DNA of 64,000 nt from Desulfosudaceae bacterium. GTDB taxonomy: Bacteria > Desulfobacterota > Desulfobacteria > Desulfobacterales > Desulfosudaceae. Positions 33,001 to 42,406 of this stretch are shown one piece after another (the stretch's first letter is position 1; every line of letters starts with the position of its first letter). The position numbers and the translations under genes were made by a program. The notes below the pieces were generated by a model that saw only the letters and a list, made by a program, of their open reading frames with translations, searched no databases and was not told the origin of the DNA. The DNA lies in NCBI GenBank assembly GCA_963674745.2, contig CAXXDV010000001.1, positions 128,001 through 192,000 on the forward strand, given 5' to 3'.

Positions 33001-33101
33001 ACGGCGGCCGTGACGCCGGCTGAAAAAAAGATCAAACAGATTAACAACAAAGGCAAAACACGTAAAAACGATAAATTAACCCTCACATTAATCCTTGACA
33101 T
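30024..33101 (-). CDS. Secreted protein: DUF11/Ig-like repeats fused to a C-terminal outer-membrane beta-barrel (EpsL/BBP2-like)
   Basis: Signal peptide; VTNRGNTTAFDVIIED and WKVGDLPP DUF11-like motifs; last ~390 aa show alternating aromatic amphipathic strands. Confidence 0.7.
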   Translation of the reverse strand: MSRINVRVNLSFLRVLPLLLICLIFFSAGVTAAVNEADPVVIDAPRVQDSVESYLEAVKINGQAISPTAYPEADLGDVITFRVRIHNSYSGILRLLQCSASWGEGFVYRGSLSTNRVQCRYDEQAQKIDVDIPEIIGMPRKSLVVGERLSDSTCWYTFDLEVASCKDLSVYVFTDELYSCQSEKIYYLAPVITTPEIRYTVDISPESFVSGHKQPVSISISNTGDGRASGLALETNLTRFFVTVSEMSPGFVYDAGSGTFVISDPLEPGGSLSLDFELQANRNPGDPLPEEMILFRPVYADNCGLRLLAPETAVMLGPSGERRDAVAGGDVNLGLEVSVDLPEVVKECEILEAVIDIKKTTKRQLYDLEIVLDTENYAYLDELKAIGFDGRMPRVHTSRPGVVVFSFDNASGRPRSLTKGGSLRFKVMKKCLRPSGLKVTAYFVHPLDMVTPRSTTAGCEKPGVRKREVSAYTNPLLSQSADLAIRVTPESCRLEPGQSMPWQIYVTNRGNTTAFDVIIEDILQDNLVFEGKDDDKTAALEIKKDKPVTGETTLLWKVGDLPPSQTRKVTVVAMLRPDSDKDIAELLVSTANRIRVFSGCAGEACHEQEETAPGFILPDDCIADVYEKPEKIHGFLGVNLIYKSNLYEAYKNPKGVWATYITPGLWMALPASHERLVEISTTSATPGGLTVSPFYPKNDRRYQAYLLYSPQWEFYHNESDNNMVTHRLDSYFHYNSRNKFTLQLIDQFKRAHDSISSRAYTIEDKYKTNLFSAVSTVNLTEKFEFRLDFSNYWLSYDDRENNINDRVDNSWAFYGYFHLTDKTWLFAEYEYADLDYKRSPRDCVEKRVFGGVRWEITEKTSGHLKGGYGKRAFDADELSDTGTVMAELIVDYDMTERTRIVANAYRRYEEAMSIGLHWDDYFGQVSTNMLTHMVGLSVTYKLTSKLRLNLHGTLFYDEYAYEYEDDLWEDKRRRDREYALSPTIKFDFLRWLTFDLAYTYTHLDSNYNDADYDDHTVFLRGSIYR

Positions 33102-33125
33102 GACGTTCCTTTTAAAAATTACCCC

Positions 33126-33806
33126 TTATGGTACCATCGGGCTGATCACCGGGCGCCTGCCCTCGCCTTCGATGGTGATCCGTGACACGCCGATCGCCAG
33201 TAAAGCCGGTTGCGGCAGGGAATGGCGGTTGAACACATGACCGAAAAAATCCAGAAACGAATGGTAAACGGCGATTACGGTTGCCGGCGGGATATTAAAC
33301 CACCGGACGACCTGCACCACCAACTCCCGTTCGGCTTCGTTTTCCGCCAGGGCCCGCAATAAATCGGCTTTGGTGCGATCATGCCTGAGCATGAAATCAC
33401 AGGTCTCATAAAGACCGCCGAGACCGGTTTCCCATTGAATCAACCAGGTCAACACCTGTTCCGGAGGCGTGCCCCGCTCGTTCAAAACCCCGAGAGCACT
33501 TTCAAAATCCAGGTCCCCCTGAAGGCAGAACAGGATGATCTTTTCCGGTTCAATACCCGCCGCCAGCAGCGCCTCGACCAGCGCCGACGGGGATACCCCG
33601 CTGTTTTTAGCGGCTTTGATAATAAGCGCAATAGGAACATTCGCGTTCAACAGCATCTTCACGGCCGCTGAAACATCGCCTTTTTCAAACGCGGATTGGG
33701 GCAGGGTTTCGCTGTAGGTTGATGCCGGCACATTAATCGCGCCCGCGAACAGCGGCAGGCCGAACACAAAGCACACGACCACACCCAAAACTGTAAATTT
33801 CTTCAT
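33126..33806 (-). CDS. Hypothetical secreted helical-repeat protein
   Basis: Signal peptide MKKFTVLG...AGA; repeated A/G-x-x-P helical units; ends ISPMVP. Confidence 0.65.
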   Translation of the reverse strand: MKKFTVLGVVVCFVFGLPLFAGAINVPASTYSETLPQSAFEKGDVSAAVKMLLNANVPIALIIKAAKNSGVSPSALVEALLAAGIEPEKIILFCLQGDLDFESALGVLNERGTPPEQVLTWLIQWETGLGGLYETCDFMLRHDRTKADLLRALAENEAERELVVQVVRWFNIPPATVIAVYHSFLDFFGHVFNRHSLPQPALLAIGVSRITIEGEGRRPVISPMVP

Positions 33807-34047
33807 GGTTCCCCCCAGTTTTTACCGGTATTAAAAAAAACCGGCAAATGGAAAGTAAGTACCCAAAAAAACTACATCAATTAAAAAATGAAGATTATCA
33901 CGAAATGAACAGCCCGTCAATTAAAAACTGAAAAAATATCATACACCTGACACTTTCCTCGCCGGAATCTAACAGACTCTCCGGAGACACCCCCAACTTG
34001 CGACATAATCACCTGAGCCCTGGACCTCGAACCCCAAACCTCGAACC

Positions 34048-35883
34048 TCAAACCCCGAACCCCGAACCCCGAACCCCCAGCCTCTTAACCTGCTTTTCAT
34101 ACAACTCCGCATAATACCCCTTATTCCGCATCAGCACTTCATGCTCCCCCTGCTCCACAATGCGCCCCTCCCGTAATACCAAAATCCGGTCGGCCAGACG
34201 AACCGTGGAAAACCGGTGACTGATCAACAGGGCACTTTTATTCTCCAGAAGTTCCCGGAACCGGGTAAACACCTCGTATTCGGCCTTGGGGTCCAGGCTG
34301 CTGGTCGGCTCATCCAGCACGATCAGCCGGGCGTCCCGCAAAAAAGCCCGGGCCAGGGCGATCATCTGCCACTGGCCGATGCTCAGTTCCACCCCGTCCT
34401 TGAATATTTTGCCCAGAATGGTCTGGTATTCTTTCGGCAGGGCCGCAATTACCCGGTGGGCCCCGGCCCGTTCGGCTGCCCCTCGAACCGTCGCCATTTC
34501 GGCTTCCGGCAGATCAATGTTGCCGAACCGGATATTGTCGGCCGCAGACAGATTGTATTTGACAAAATCCTGAAAAATAACACTGATCTCTTGCCGAAGA
34601 TCGGCAATACCGTACCTGTCCAGGGGAATACCCTCCAGGGTAATCCGGCCCTGTGGGGGGTCATAAAGCCGGCACAAAAGTTTGGCAATGGTGGTTTTGC
34701 CGGATCCGTTTTCACCGACCAGGGCCACCACTTCCCCGGGTTTGATGCAAAAAGACGTGTCTTTGAGCACCATGGCCGGGGTGTTGGGATAGCCGAACCA
34801 GACATTTTCAAAGCAAAACCCGTCGCGCTCATTCCCGGGTATCGGCAGGGGTTTGTCCGGATCTTTAACAACCGGCTCAACATCCAGAAACTGAAACAGA
34901 TAGGCCAGAAACAGGTTGCACTCGTACAGATCCGCCATCCCGGCCAGCACATTTTTCAAGGCCCCCAGCCCCCGCTGAAAGGCCTGGTAAAACATGACCA
35001 TATCACCCGGCGTAATGGCGCCGGTCACCGCCCGCCAGGCCATGACCCCGAACATGCCGAACACGGCCGCGAAACTGCCCATCTGGGCCAGTAAATCCGC
35101 AATTGCCCGCCGCCGTGAAATGGACAGCTTTTCTTTCCGTAATGACCGCCGCACCCGGTTAAAGCGATGGCTGATCTCCGTTCCAATGCCGAACAGCCGC
35201 ACTTCCTTGGCATGGACGTTGCCGGTTAAAATCCAGTTATAATAAGCGGCCATGCGCTCATCCGGGGTTTTTTGGGCCTGCCAGTTGAACATGACCCGGG
35301 AAAACTTGATCCGGACCAGGATACCCGGCACCGCCGCCAGCACCAGGATGACGGCCACGGCCCAGTGAAATGTCAACAGCAAGCCGGCCATGGCCAGCAA
35401 AGAGATACTGCTCTGCCCCAGTTGAATGAGGGTATTGACGATCTGTGTCGGCCGGAACGGCCCCTCCCGCTGGGCCCGGTGCAGGGTGTCAAAATACTGG
35501 GGGTTTTCATAAAAATCCAGATCCGCCTCAATGGATTTGGCATGCAGCACATCATACATCCGGTCCCCCACCTTGAGGCTCAAGGCCTCGCGCATCAATC
35601 CGGATATGGACTGCAAACCCGCTTGCCCCAGGGCCAGTCCCCCGGCACCGACCACCAGCATCATCACCCGCCCAAAAGCCGCCTGCGGATCCGGTGACCC
35701 CATGGCCCCAATCACCGTATCCACGATCAGCTTCATCAAATACAACGATGCCAGGGGCAAAATCCCCTGCAGGGCCATGATCACGGCCGACCCGACCACC
35801 CGGCCCGGAGCGGCCCGCCACACAAACCCCACCGCCCGGTCCAACCGCACGGCATGACGTATTTTTTGACGCAACGGTTTCAT
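34048..35883 (-). CDS. ABC exporter, fused permease/ATPase
   Basis: TM domain, GENGSGKTT, LSIGQWQ signature, LDEPTS, ISHR. Confidence 0.93.
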   Translation of the reverse strand: MKPLRQKIRHAVRLDRAVGFVWRAAPGRVVGSAVIMALQGILPLASLYLMKLIVDTVIGAMGSPDPQAAFGRVMMLVVGAGGLALGQAGLQSISGLMREALSLKVGDRMYDVLHAKSIEADLDFYENPQYFDTLHRAQREGPFRPTQIVNTLIQLGQSSISLLAMAGLLLTFHWAVAVILVLAAVPGILVRIKFSRVMFNWQAQKTPDERMAAYYNWILTGNVHAKEVRLFGIGTEISHRFNRVRRSLRKEKLSISRRRAIADLLAQMGSFAAVFGMFGVMAWRAVTGAITPGDMVMFYQAFQRGLGALKNVLAGMADLYECNLFLAYLFQFLDVEPVVKDPDKPLPIPGNERDGFCFENVWFGYPNTPAMVLKDTSFCIKPGEVVALVGENGSGKTTIAKLLCRLYDPPQGRITLEGIPLDRYGIADLRQEISVIFQDFVKYNLSAADNIRFGNIDLPEAEMATVRGAAERAGAHRVIAALPKEYQTILGKIFKDGVELSIGQWQMIALARAFLRDARLIVLDEPTSSLDPKAEYEVFTRFRELLENKSALLISHRFSTVRLADRILVLREGRIVEQGEHEVLMRNKGYYAELYEKQVKRLGVRGSGFGV

Positions 35884-35923
35884 TTTTTATTCATTAAATT
35901 TTATTCGGACGGTTATGAAGGTT

Positions 35924-36068
35924 TTAAGTGGTTATGTGGTTATGTGGTTATGTGGTTAGGTGGTTAGGTGGTTAGGTGGTTATGTGGTTATGTGGTTAGG
36001 TGGTTAAGTGATTAAGTGGTTAGGTGGTTAGGTGGTTATGTGGTTAGGTGGTTAAGTGATTAAGTGGT
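35924..36068. repeat. Imperfect 8-mer tandem array TTA(A/T/G)GTG(G/A), about 18 units
   Basis: Read directly; an inverted-orientation array lies at 36501-36593 and many shorter ones occur across the window. Confidence 0.9.
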
Positions 36069-36660
36069 CGGGTTCCTGCCTCGTCATTCCGGGCAGTGGA
36101 GCGAAGCGGAACGTGACCCGGAATCTAGAAAAGGATTTAGGTTTTAGCGTTTTAAGGTTTAACCGTCCGTCCGTACTATGTGTCTCGGGTGTAGGGGCGA
36201 CCGGCTGGTCGCCCTTCCATAATGATATTCGACAGAACTGGATTCCGGATCTTGCCCCGCCTTCGGCGGGTCTTGTCCGGAATGACGATGCCAAGGATTG
36301 CGACACACTCTCTTGACCCGGAATCCAGATCGACCATGGCAACCCCGGGCTGAACAAAAACAAAACAGAACAACACACCGACACCCCAATCCGTGTAATC
36401 CGTGTCAAAAAAAAGCGGAACACCTCGCACAGGCCACCCCCACCGCTCAAACCCCGCCACCGCCACCGCAATGCGGCCCCGCCACACCTCAAACCCTGCC
36501 CACATAACCACTTAAACACATAACCACTTAAACACATAATCACATAACCACTTAACCACTTAATCACTTAATCACTTAACCACATAACCACCTAAAACTT
36601 ATTGAAGTAAAACAGGACAAACAGGGCATGATATGCCCAGAATGGATTACGACGATACGA

Positions 36661-37248
36661 CTATACTTTTTCGACCGGCCCGATGACCAAATCCCACGGC
36701 TTTCGGCACTCAAAAGCACCCGTGTCCGGCCGGAAGCGGGCCACAACCCGTTTATTGCAGATATATTGAATATGTGTCCCTTTAGCGGAGTTGATCATGA
36801 GCCGGGTGATGCGGGGCCGCCAGAACCAACTGACGATTCCGGATGTCCTGAGTCTGTCATAAAGGGGAAAAATGATTCGAACCCCTTGCCGGCGTACTTT
36901 CCAGTAGCAATGAAGCCCCCAGCCACGGCAACGTCCAAGCCATCCGCCATGAACAATTAAAATACGGCCATTGCGTTCTTTATAACATACCCGGCCCACA
37001 AAATTACTTTCAGTCACCACCCCTTTGTCCTCGTGCGCTAAAGCATCCCCACGAGTTACCAGCCCCCCGCTGATGCGTCGCACCACCCGGTGGACGATCT
37101 CATCTTGCTCTTCCCCGCGCTGCCTGAAAAACACCACCACATCCCCGGGCCTTACCCGCGACAGCGACACAGGCTCAACCGTCAACACATCCCCCGGTTG
37201 AAAGGCGCCTTTCATGCTTAAGCCAAGATATACTCGTTGTGTATGCAT
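36661..37248 (-). CDS. S24/S26 (signal-peptidase-I-like) peptidase
   Basis: GLSM..AFQPGD (catalytic Ser), GDVVVF, IVHRVV, TRGD; start set at MHTQR just after the precursor stop. Confidence 0.8.
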   Translation of the reverse strand: MHTQRVYLGLSMKGAFQPGDVLTVEPVSLSRVRPGDVVVFFRQRGEEQDEIVHRVVRRISGGLVTRGDALAHEDKGVVTESNFVGRVCYKERNGRILIVHGGWLGRCRGWGLHCYWKVRRQGVRIIFPLYDRLRTSGIVSWFWRPRITRLMINSAKGTHIQYICNKRVVARFRPDTGAFECRKPWDLVIGPVEKV

Positions 37249-37261
37249 TCTCAGACCTGCG

Positions 37262-37528
37262 CTACCAGCCGGGCGAATCGCCCGTGTGACAACTCTCACC
37301 CGCAGTCCCACCATGCGTATAACAATTTGAAGTTGCTACATTGCCAGTTGGGCAATATGGTGTGTATGCAGGATCATTGCCCCATCCGCAGGTCAAACCA
37401 GCATTCGATCCACCTCTACATTGATCTCCTGCACTGGTTCCATCGCTACACGATTCCCCCAAGACTGAAGCGATTTTCCCCACAGCCATGCTCTTCGGTT
37501 TTTCATATTTAATTTTTTTGTTTGGCAT
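37262..37528 (-). CDS. Putative RiPP precursor, Cys/Gly-rich with a YEKP leader
   Basis: 88 aa; KYEKPK leader; six Cys in CxxGxx(A/P)-type repeats; co-oriented within the rSAM/PqqD operon. Confidence 0.8.
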   Translation of the reverse strand: MPNKKIKYEKPKSMAVGKIASVLGESCSDGTSAGDQCRGGSNAGLTCGWGNDPAYTPYCPTGNVATSNCYTHGGTAGESCHTGDSPGW

Positions 37529-37545
37529 AACGCACCCCTGTCAGG

Positions 37546-38115
37546 TTAATTGTCAGAAATTTTAATTATAGTTTCATCTAATCTTTTTTGCAACAAAGAG
37601 ACAACCGACTGCTTTTCAAGCGAGAATTGCAACTGCCATCCCGGATATTGCCTGGCCATCAAAACCGCGAACTGAAACCATCTTTGTGCCAGATCCGGGC
37701 GGGTCTTTTTTCGCTGGATATCAATCTCAAAAACCGCGTCCATAAGATATTCACAGGTTTTAATCGAAGACAGTGGCTTTAGGTCAGTATGTTGAGCTGC
37801 GAAAATACGAACAATGGCATGCAGCGGATACCACCTATCCTCTTCCTGCAATATCTCCTTATACGTACTGTCGTTTTCATATACCATAGATTTAATTTGG
37901 CGGCCGCTCATTACCCCCCAAATCCCGTTGTTCAATGATCTGGCAAACACCAGATCATCCGCGATCAAATAAAAATGGTCAGAAAGCAATGAGCTTAGCG
38001 TCGTTTTGCCGGAGCAGGAATGCCCCATCAACAAAATAGCGCCATAGGGGCCATCAACAGCCGCCGCATGCAAAAACAGACCGAATTTGCTATGAGAGAC
38101 AATTGGTTCCGGCAT
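37546..38115 (-). CDS. HPr-kinase-like P-loop protein (ScmC-like)
   Basis: LFLHAAAV, GHSCSGKTT Walker A, IADD; GAGG RBS before ATG 38115. Confidence 0.7.
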   Translation of the reverse strand: MPEPIVSHSKFGLFLHAAAVDGPYGAILLMGHSCSGKTTLSSLLSDHFYLIADDLVFARSLNNGIWGVMSGRQIKSMVYENDSTYKEILQEEDRWYPLHAIVRIFAAQHTDLKPLSSIKTCEYLMDAVFEIDIQRKKTRPDLAQRWFQFAVLMARQYPGWQLQFSLEKQSVVSLLQKRLDETIIKISDN

Positions 38116-39304
38116 GTTTAACCTCATCGCCTGGTTCATTTGGTGTGTGGCTGTTTTCGATATATGTACGACGGCGTGAATCCGGAAACAACCCGCGTGC
38201 TGCCGCTTCCTGGCACATGGGATCGGGCGATATTAATTTCCCATTTACCACATAATTCTGGGCCACACAATGCATCAGGCATCTGGAAGAGTGAATACAG
38301 TCACCGCAGATACCGGGGTATTGACCGGCAAGGCCGCTTCGCAATTCGTTCAGCAGTGGATGATGGATCCAGACATCTTTTAAATCATCCGTACCCAGAC
38401 TGCCGAAACAAAGCTCCGGAATGGTGCGCCCAATACCGCACAGCGCCATTTCTCCACTCCCCAGGATCCCCAGAACATTTAACACATTACAGGTTCCACA
38501 CGATTTCCCGACGCGGAGGATCTCGGATATGGCGAGCAGGGCCGGAGGCATCATGATGGTCAATGGGATGGAAACGCGCTGCTGAAGCTCCTGATTTATA
38601 TAATGCACCAGTTTGAGCGTCTCATCAAACACGAGGGTATCCCCTTTTTTGTGCAGCCCATCCCCCCGGCCGACACTATTGACCGGGTTGAATTTAACGG
38701 ACCCGACCCCAAGATCAACCGCTAATTGAACCAGGTCGTCTATTTCATGAAGATTGCCACGATGCGGACACATGATGATCTGCGGCCGGAACCCGGCTGC
38801 AACCAGATTTTTAACCCCCTGAACCGCCTTATCAAAAGCGCCTTCAACGCCCCGGAACCAATCGTGATAAGACGGTCTTGGGCTGTCAATGCTGACCGAT
38901 ATGTGCCACAGGCTTGTATTTTCTTTTAAATGAACTGCCAGATCTTTGTCGATCAGCGTACCATTGGTTTCCATGGTCAACGGGATTTTCTGTTCCGTAA
39001 AAAAATCGACGATTTCGACAAACTGGGGGTGTAAAACCGGCTCCCCGCCGGTCAGCTTGGCATTTGTCAATCCGAGGGGCCTGGCAGCTGCCACGGCATT
39101 CTTAAGCTGTTCCAGATCGATATATTCACCCGGTGTCGGCTTGCCATCCACATATGTCGGCGCGATCCAGCAATGTCGGCAGCGCAGGTTGCACCCATTG
39201 GTCAGGTAGAGATAAAAAGAATGTAAAGGGGGTACCCCCTCCGGAAGGTCCAATTGTTCTTGTATAGATTCGGCTTGTTCGGGCGGTTGCATATCACAGC
39301 TCAT
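38090..39304 (-). CDS. Radical SAM/SPASM peptide maturase (ScmF-like)
   Basis: CNLRCRHC, TGGEP, ETNG; SPASM Cys C...C...CxxCx5CxxxC...C. Confidence 0.9.
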   Translation of the reverse strand: MSCDMQPPEQAESIQEQLDLPEGVPPLHSFYLYLTNGCNLRCRHCWIAPTYVDGKPTPGEYIDLEQLKNAVAAARPLGLTNAKLTGGEPVLHPQFVEIVDFFTEQKIPLTMETNGTLIDKDLAVHLKENTSLWHISVSIDSPRPSYHDWFRGVEGAFDKAVQGVKNLVAAGFRPQIIMCPHRGNLHEIDDLVQLAVDLGVGSVKFNPVNSVGRGDGLHKKGDTLVFDETLKLVHYINQELQQRVSIPLTIMMPPALLAISEILRVGKSCGTCNVLNVLGILGSGEMALCGIGRTIPELCFGSLGTDDLKDVWIHHPLLNELRSGLAGQYPGICGDCIHSSRCLMHCVAQNYVVNGKLISPDPMCQEAAARGLFPDSRRRTYIENSHTPNEPGDEVKHAGTNCLS

Positions 39305-39903
39305 TCGATGACCTCTCCGATAAAACCGGCTGATTTGAGTTGTTCAATGAAGGCCTCCACATCATTCACAACCTGGTCCTCAGGCACGTCTTCACAGACA
39401 TCCAGCAGATACTCGACAATCTCCTGTTTTGTCCGTGGGTATTCCAGAGACTCCCAAATAGCCAGTCCTGTGGGATTGATGGCCTGAACCGCGTCGGTTT
39501 CCGGGTTGAACAAAATCGCGCCTTCAGGCTCTTCAACACGACAGGAGATGTCGCGATTCATGCTGTATTTTGTATTTTCCATATTTTTAAAATCCTTAAT
39601 GCCTGAAAGTCGGCCCACCTCTTTTATAACAGACTGATTATTCAAATCAATTAAAATGGCCATAACGTCCTGTGCCAACAAATCAGTGGATGTTTCATAG
39701 GTGACATTCAAGACATTAACGATATCATCTACCGTTTGTTTACCATCCAGAAGATTGAGGACATCCCGCGCAACCGCGTTGATTTTCACCAGCCGGCGTT
39801 CCTCGGGCAAAAAAATCAAGGATTCGTCACCAAAATCTTCAATGGCCACATTCTGCCGGACAACATAACGATTATTTAACTCCTGGTCATCGTATTCAAC
39901 CAT
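39301..39903 (-). CDS. Tandem PqqD/RRE-domain protein (ScmD-like)
   Basis: Two repeats of the pattern LF.P.....IN..(A/G)......L......I...L......DV; start approximate. Confidence 0.85.
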   Translation of the reverse strand: MVEYDDQELNNRYVVRQNVAIEDFGDESLIFLPEERRLVKINAVARDVLNLLDGKQTVDDIVNVLNVTYETSTDLLAQDVMAILIDLNNQSVIKEVGRLSGIKDFKNMENTKYSMNRDISCRVEEPEGAILFNPETDAVQAINPTGLAIWESLEYPRTKQEIVEYLLDVCEDVPEDQVVNDVEAFIEQLKSAGFIGEVIE

Positions 39904-39907
39904 TGTT

Positions 39908-40021
39908 GGTCTCGCAAAAATAGTCATTCCGAGCAAGTCCTGCCGAAGGCGGGCCCGCTGGATCCCGGCTCACATTTCGCTTCGCTCCATTGGCCGGGAT
40001 GACGAGTTGTGAGACAGTCTC
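39908..40021. repeat. Short MITE/REP-like palindromic insert
   Basis: GTCTCGCAA...TTGTGAGAC ends enclosing GTCATTCCG...CGGGATGAC and a CCTGCCGAAGGCGGG hairpin. Confidence 0.55.
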
Positions 40022-40061
40022 CAAGCCCGGAATTACGATGGCAACACTTTTTATAAAGCCA

Positions 40062-41504
40062 TCAGCCATGGGACAATTCATCAATAAACGGTTTATCAAA
40101 AGCCATTACCTGATTTTTGAATCGCCGATAACAGTCATGGGGATTGGCCCGGTTAATCTCCCCGGTCATTTCATGGGCCAGGCCCGGGCAACTGCCGTTA
40201 CAATACGGCGCCCATTCACAATCTTCGCAACCCGGCACCTGGGTCATGAGGATTTTTCGCCGGTCTTTGAGGGCCTGTAAGGATGAGTGATGCTTCCAGA
40301 TATCGGTTAATCGGCCCTGGTTAACCTGACCCAGCACCACTTTGGCCAGCATGTTACATGGCGTGATAACCCCGTCCGGGTGGACAGAAAGTTTGTTGTA
40401 CATACAGCCACAGGCCGTCAGATAGCCCATTTTCCATCGAGCAGTCATTTCCCCGGTGGCTTTGGCGTGCTCCATTTCCCGGTATGAATACCACTTGGCC
40501 AGGGGACCGGCCGTAGCGGTAACCCGGCCGTTGTATTGTTTTTCCAGCCGGGCCAGGGATTTCATGGCTAGTACCTGCTGCTGCGGTGTCAGTGTAATGG
40601 TTTTTTGATTATTACACCCGGAACCCATGGGCATGGCATCATTGGTTCCGAAACTGTTTATGCCCACATCCTTCAGCAGCAGCCGGGCGATATTATCAAG
40701 GTCGTCTACATTGTGGCGATTGACCGTTACCCGGACGGTTACCGGAAAACCGGTTTCTTTGAGCAGACGCAAAGCCCGGTACGCTTTCTCAAAACTCCCT
40801 TTACCACGGCTTTTGTCATGGACCTCGGCGCAGGAACCGTCAATAGACACCTGGATGCTGTTTAGCCGTTGGCGTCGGTTGTGTTTTTCAAATTCGGACA
40901 AAACCGTTTCCGTAATCAGTGTGCCGTTGCTTAGGATGCTGTAACGCATGCGGCTGTCAATAAGCGCGTCAATCAACGCCCATAAATCCGGCCGGACAAA
41001 GACCTCTCCTCCGCTCAGGGTGGCGCTCCGGACTCCGAATCGTTTTAACTCATCAAAAAAGGTCAGCCATTCCGGAAGCGGCAGGTCCGGACGAGAAGCC
41101 ATTTCATCCGCGTAAAAGCAGTAGGCGCAATGAAGGTTGCATTTTCCGGTCAGGGACAGATCAAAATCTCGAGGGGCATCGGCAATATTTGAATACGCTT
41201 CTGTCGGCATCGGTTTTTCGACCGGGGTTTCCGAGGCAACAGCAAACCCTTCGTTCAGTAATTCACCCGAAAATTCGGTGACGTCGGACAGAATTTCATC
41301 GTTGACGGAGATGTCGCAACGGGCGGCAAGGGTTTGGGCAAGGGCATCGGTGTGCGCCGTGCCGTCCATGGCCTGCCATACGATCAGGCCGGTGAGGTTG
41401 ATGACTTTTTCCCGGCCGGTGTCCGGGTCAAACAAGATGGCATTGTCCCCTTCAAGGCAGACGGAGATTTGGGGTTGGCGGGACCAGTATATTTTATTTT
41501 TCAT
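40062..41504 (-). CDS. Radical SAM/SPASM peptide maturase with an N-terminal PqqD/RRE domain (ScmE-like)
   Basis: N-terminal AILFDPDTG..INLTGLIVW; CNLHCAYC, SGGE; SPASM CGC...PC...CEDC..YCNGSC...DC. Confidence 0.9.
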   Translation of the reverse strand: MKNKIYWSRQPQISVCLEGDNAILFDPDTGREKVINLTGLIVWQAMDGTAHTDALAQTLAARCDISVNDEILSDVTEFSGELLNEGFAVASETPVEKPMPTEAYSNIADAPRDFDLSLTGKCNLHCAYCFYADEMASRPDLPLPEWLTFFDELKRFGVRSATLSGGEVFVRPDLWALIDALIDSRMRYSILSNGTLITETVLSEFEKHNRRQRLNSIQVSIDGSCAEVHDKSRGKGSFEKAYRALRLLKETGFPVTVRVTVNRHNVDDLDNIARLLLKDVGINSFGTNDAMPMGSGCNNQKTITLTPQQQVLAMKSLARLEKQYNGRVTATAGPLAKWYSYREMEHAKATGEMTARWKMGYLTACGCMYNKLSVHPDGVITPCNMLAKVVLGQVNQGRLTDIWKHHSSLQALKDRRKILMTQVPGCEDCEWAPYCNGSCPGLAHEMTGEINRANPHDCYRRFKNQVMAFDKPFIDELSHG

Positions 41505-42100
41505 TTTTATTTATTTTTAATGTATGAGTCCATTTTTATTCTGGATTCCGGGTCAAGCCCGGAATGACGAAGCGAAAGACCCGTCATTACGAAACGAAAG
41601 GCATTCGGCATGCCGCCGGCGAAAGGCCCGTCATGACCAAGCGCAAGTCCGTCGTCATTCCGCCAACGCAAGGCCTTCATTACTCGTCATTCCGGACAAG
41701 CGCAACGAAGCGGAGGCCGTCATTACTCGTCATTCCGGACAAGCGCAACGAAGCGGAGGCCGTCATTACTCGTCATTCCGGACAGCGCAGCGCAGCGGAG
41801 CGTGATCCGGAATCCAGTTCTGACGAGCATTATTATACGACTTTACGTTTATTAGCAATACAGCCGGTTGTTTCTGTCTTTCCATTCCCTTTTCTTGTAC
41901 GGCCTTGGTTTGCCATGGCCGATCTGGATTCCGGGTCAAGCCCGGAATGACGAAGCGAAAGGCCCGTCATTACCAAACGAAAGGCATTCGTCATTCCGCC
42001 AACGCAAGGCCGTCATTACTCGTCATTCCGGACAGCGCAGCGCAGCGGAGCGTGATCCGGAATCCAGTTCTGACGAGCATCTTAGCACGACTGAACATAT

Positions 42101-42406
42101 TCACCCGGACTGTTTAATCGAATCATACAAATCTTTCCAGTGCGGGTTTGTTTTTTCAATAAGTTCAATCTTCCACTGACGCTTCCAGTTTTTTAGCTGC
42201 TTTTCCCGGGTAATGGCGGATTCCATCGTGGCATGCAGTTCATACCAGACCAGTCGATGCACATGATATTGTTCGGTAAACCCTTTTATCTGATTGTTCT
42301 TGTGTTGCCATATGCGTTTGACGATATTTGATGTCACGCCGACATAAATCGTGCCATTTTGCCTGCTGGCCAGAATATACACGGCCGGTTGTTTCTGTCT
42401 TTCCAT
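42101..42406 (-). CDS. Stand-alone GIY-YIG endonuclease (copy 1)
   Basis: AVYIL...TIYVGVT, KRIWQH, AITREKQLK. Confidence 0.9.
   Translation of the reverse strand: MERQKQPAVYILASRQNGTIYVGVTSNIVKRIWQHKNNQIKGFTEQYHVHRLVWYELHATMESAITREKQLKNWKRQWKIELIEKTNPHWKDLYDSIKQSG

Noticed and set aside
37262..37528. Lasso peptide precursor (YxxP leader)
   Set aside because: No asparagine-synthetase-like cyclase or B2 protease nearby; the core is a Cys-repeat type next to rSAM enzymes
38090..41504. PQQ or mycofactocin cofactor biosynthesis
   Set aside because: No pqqB/pqqC or mft accessory genes, and the peptide lacks ExxxY or IDGxCGVY motifs
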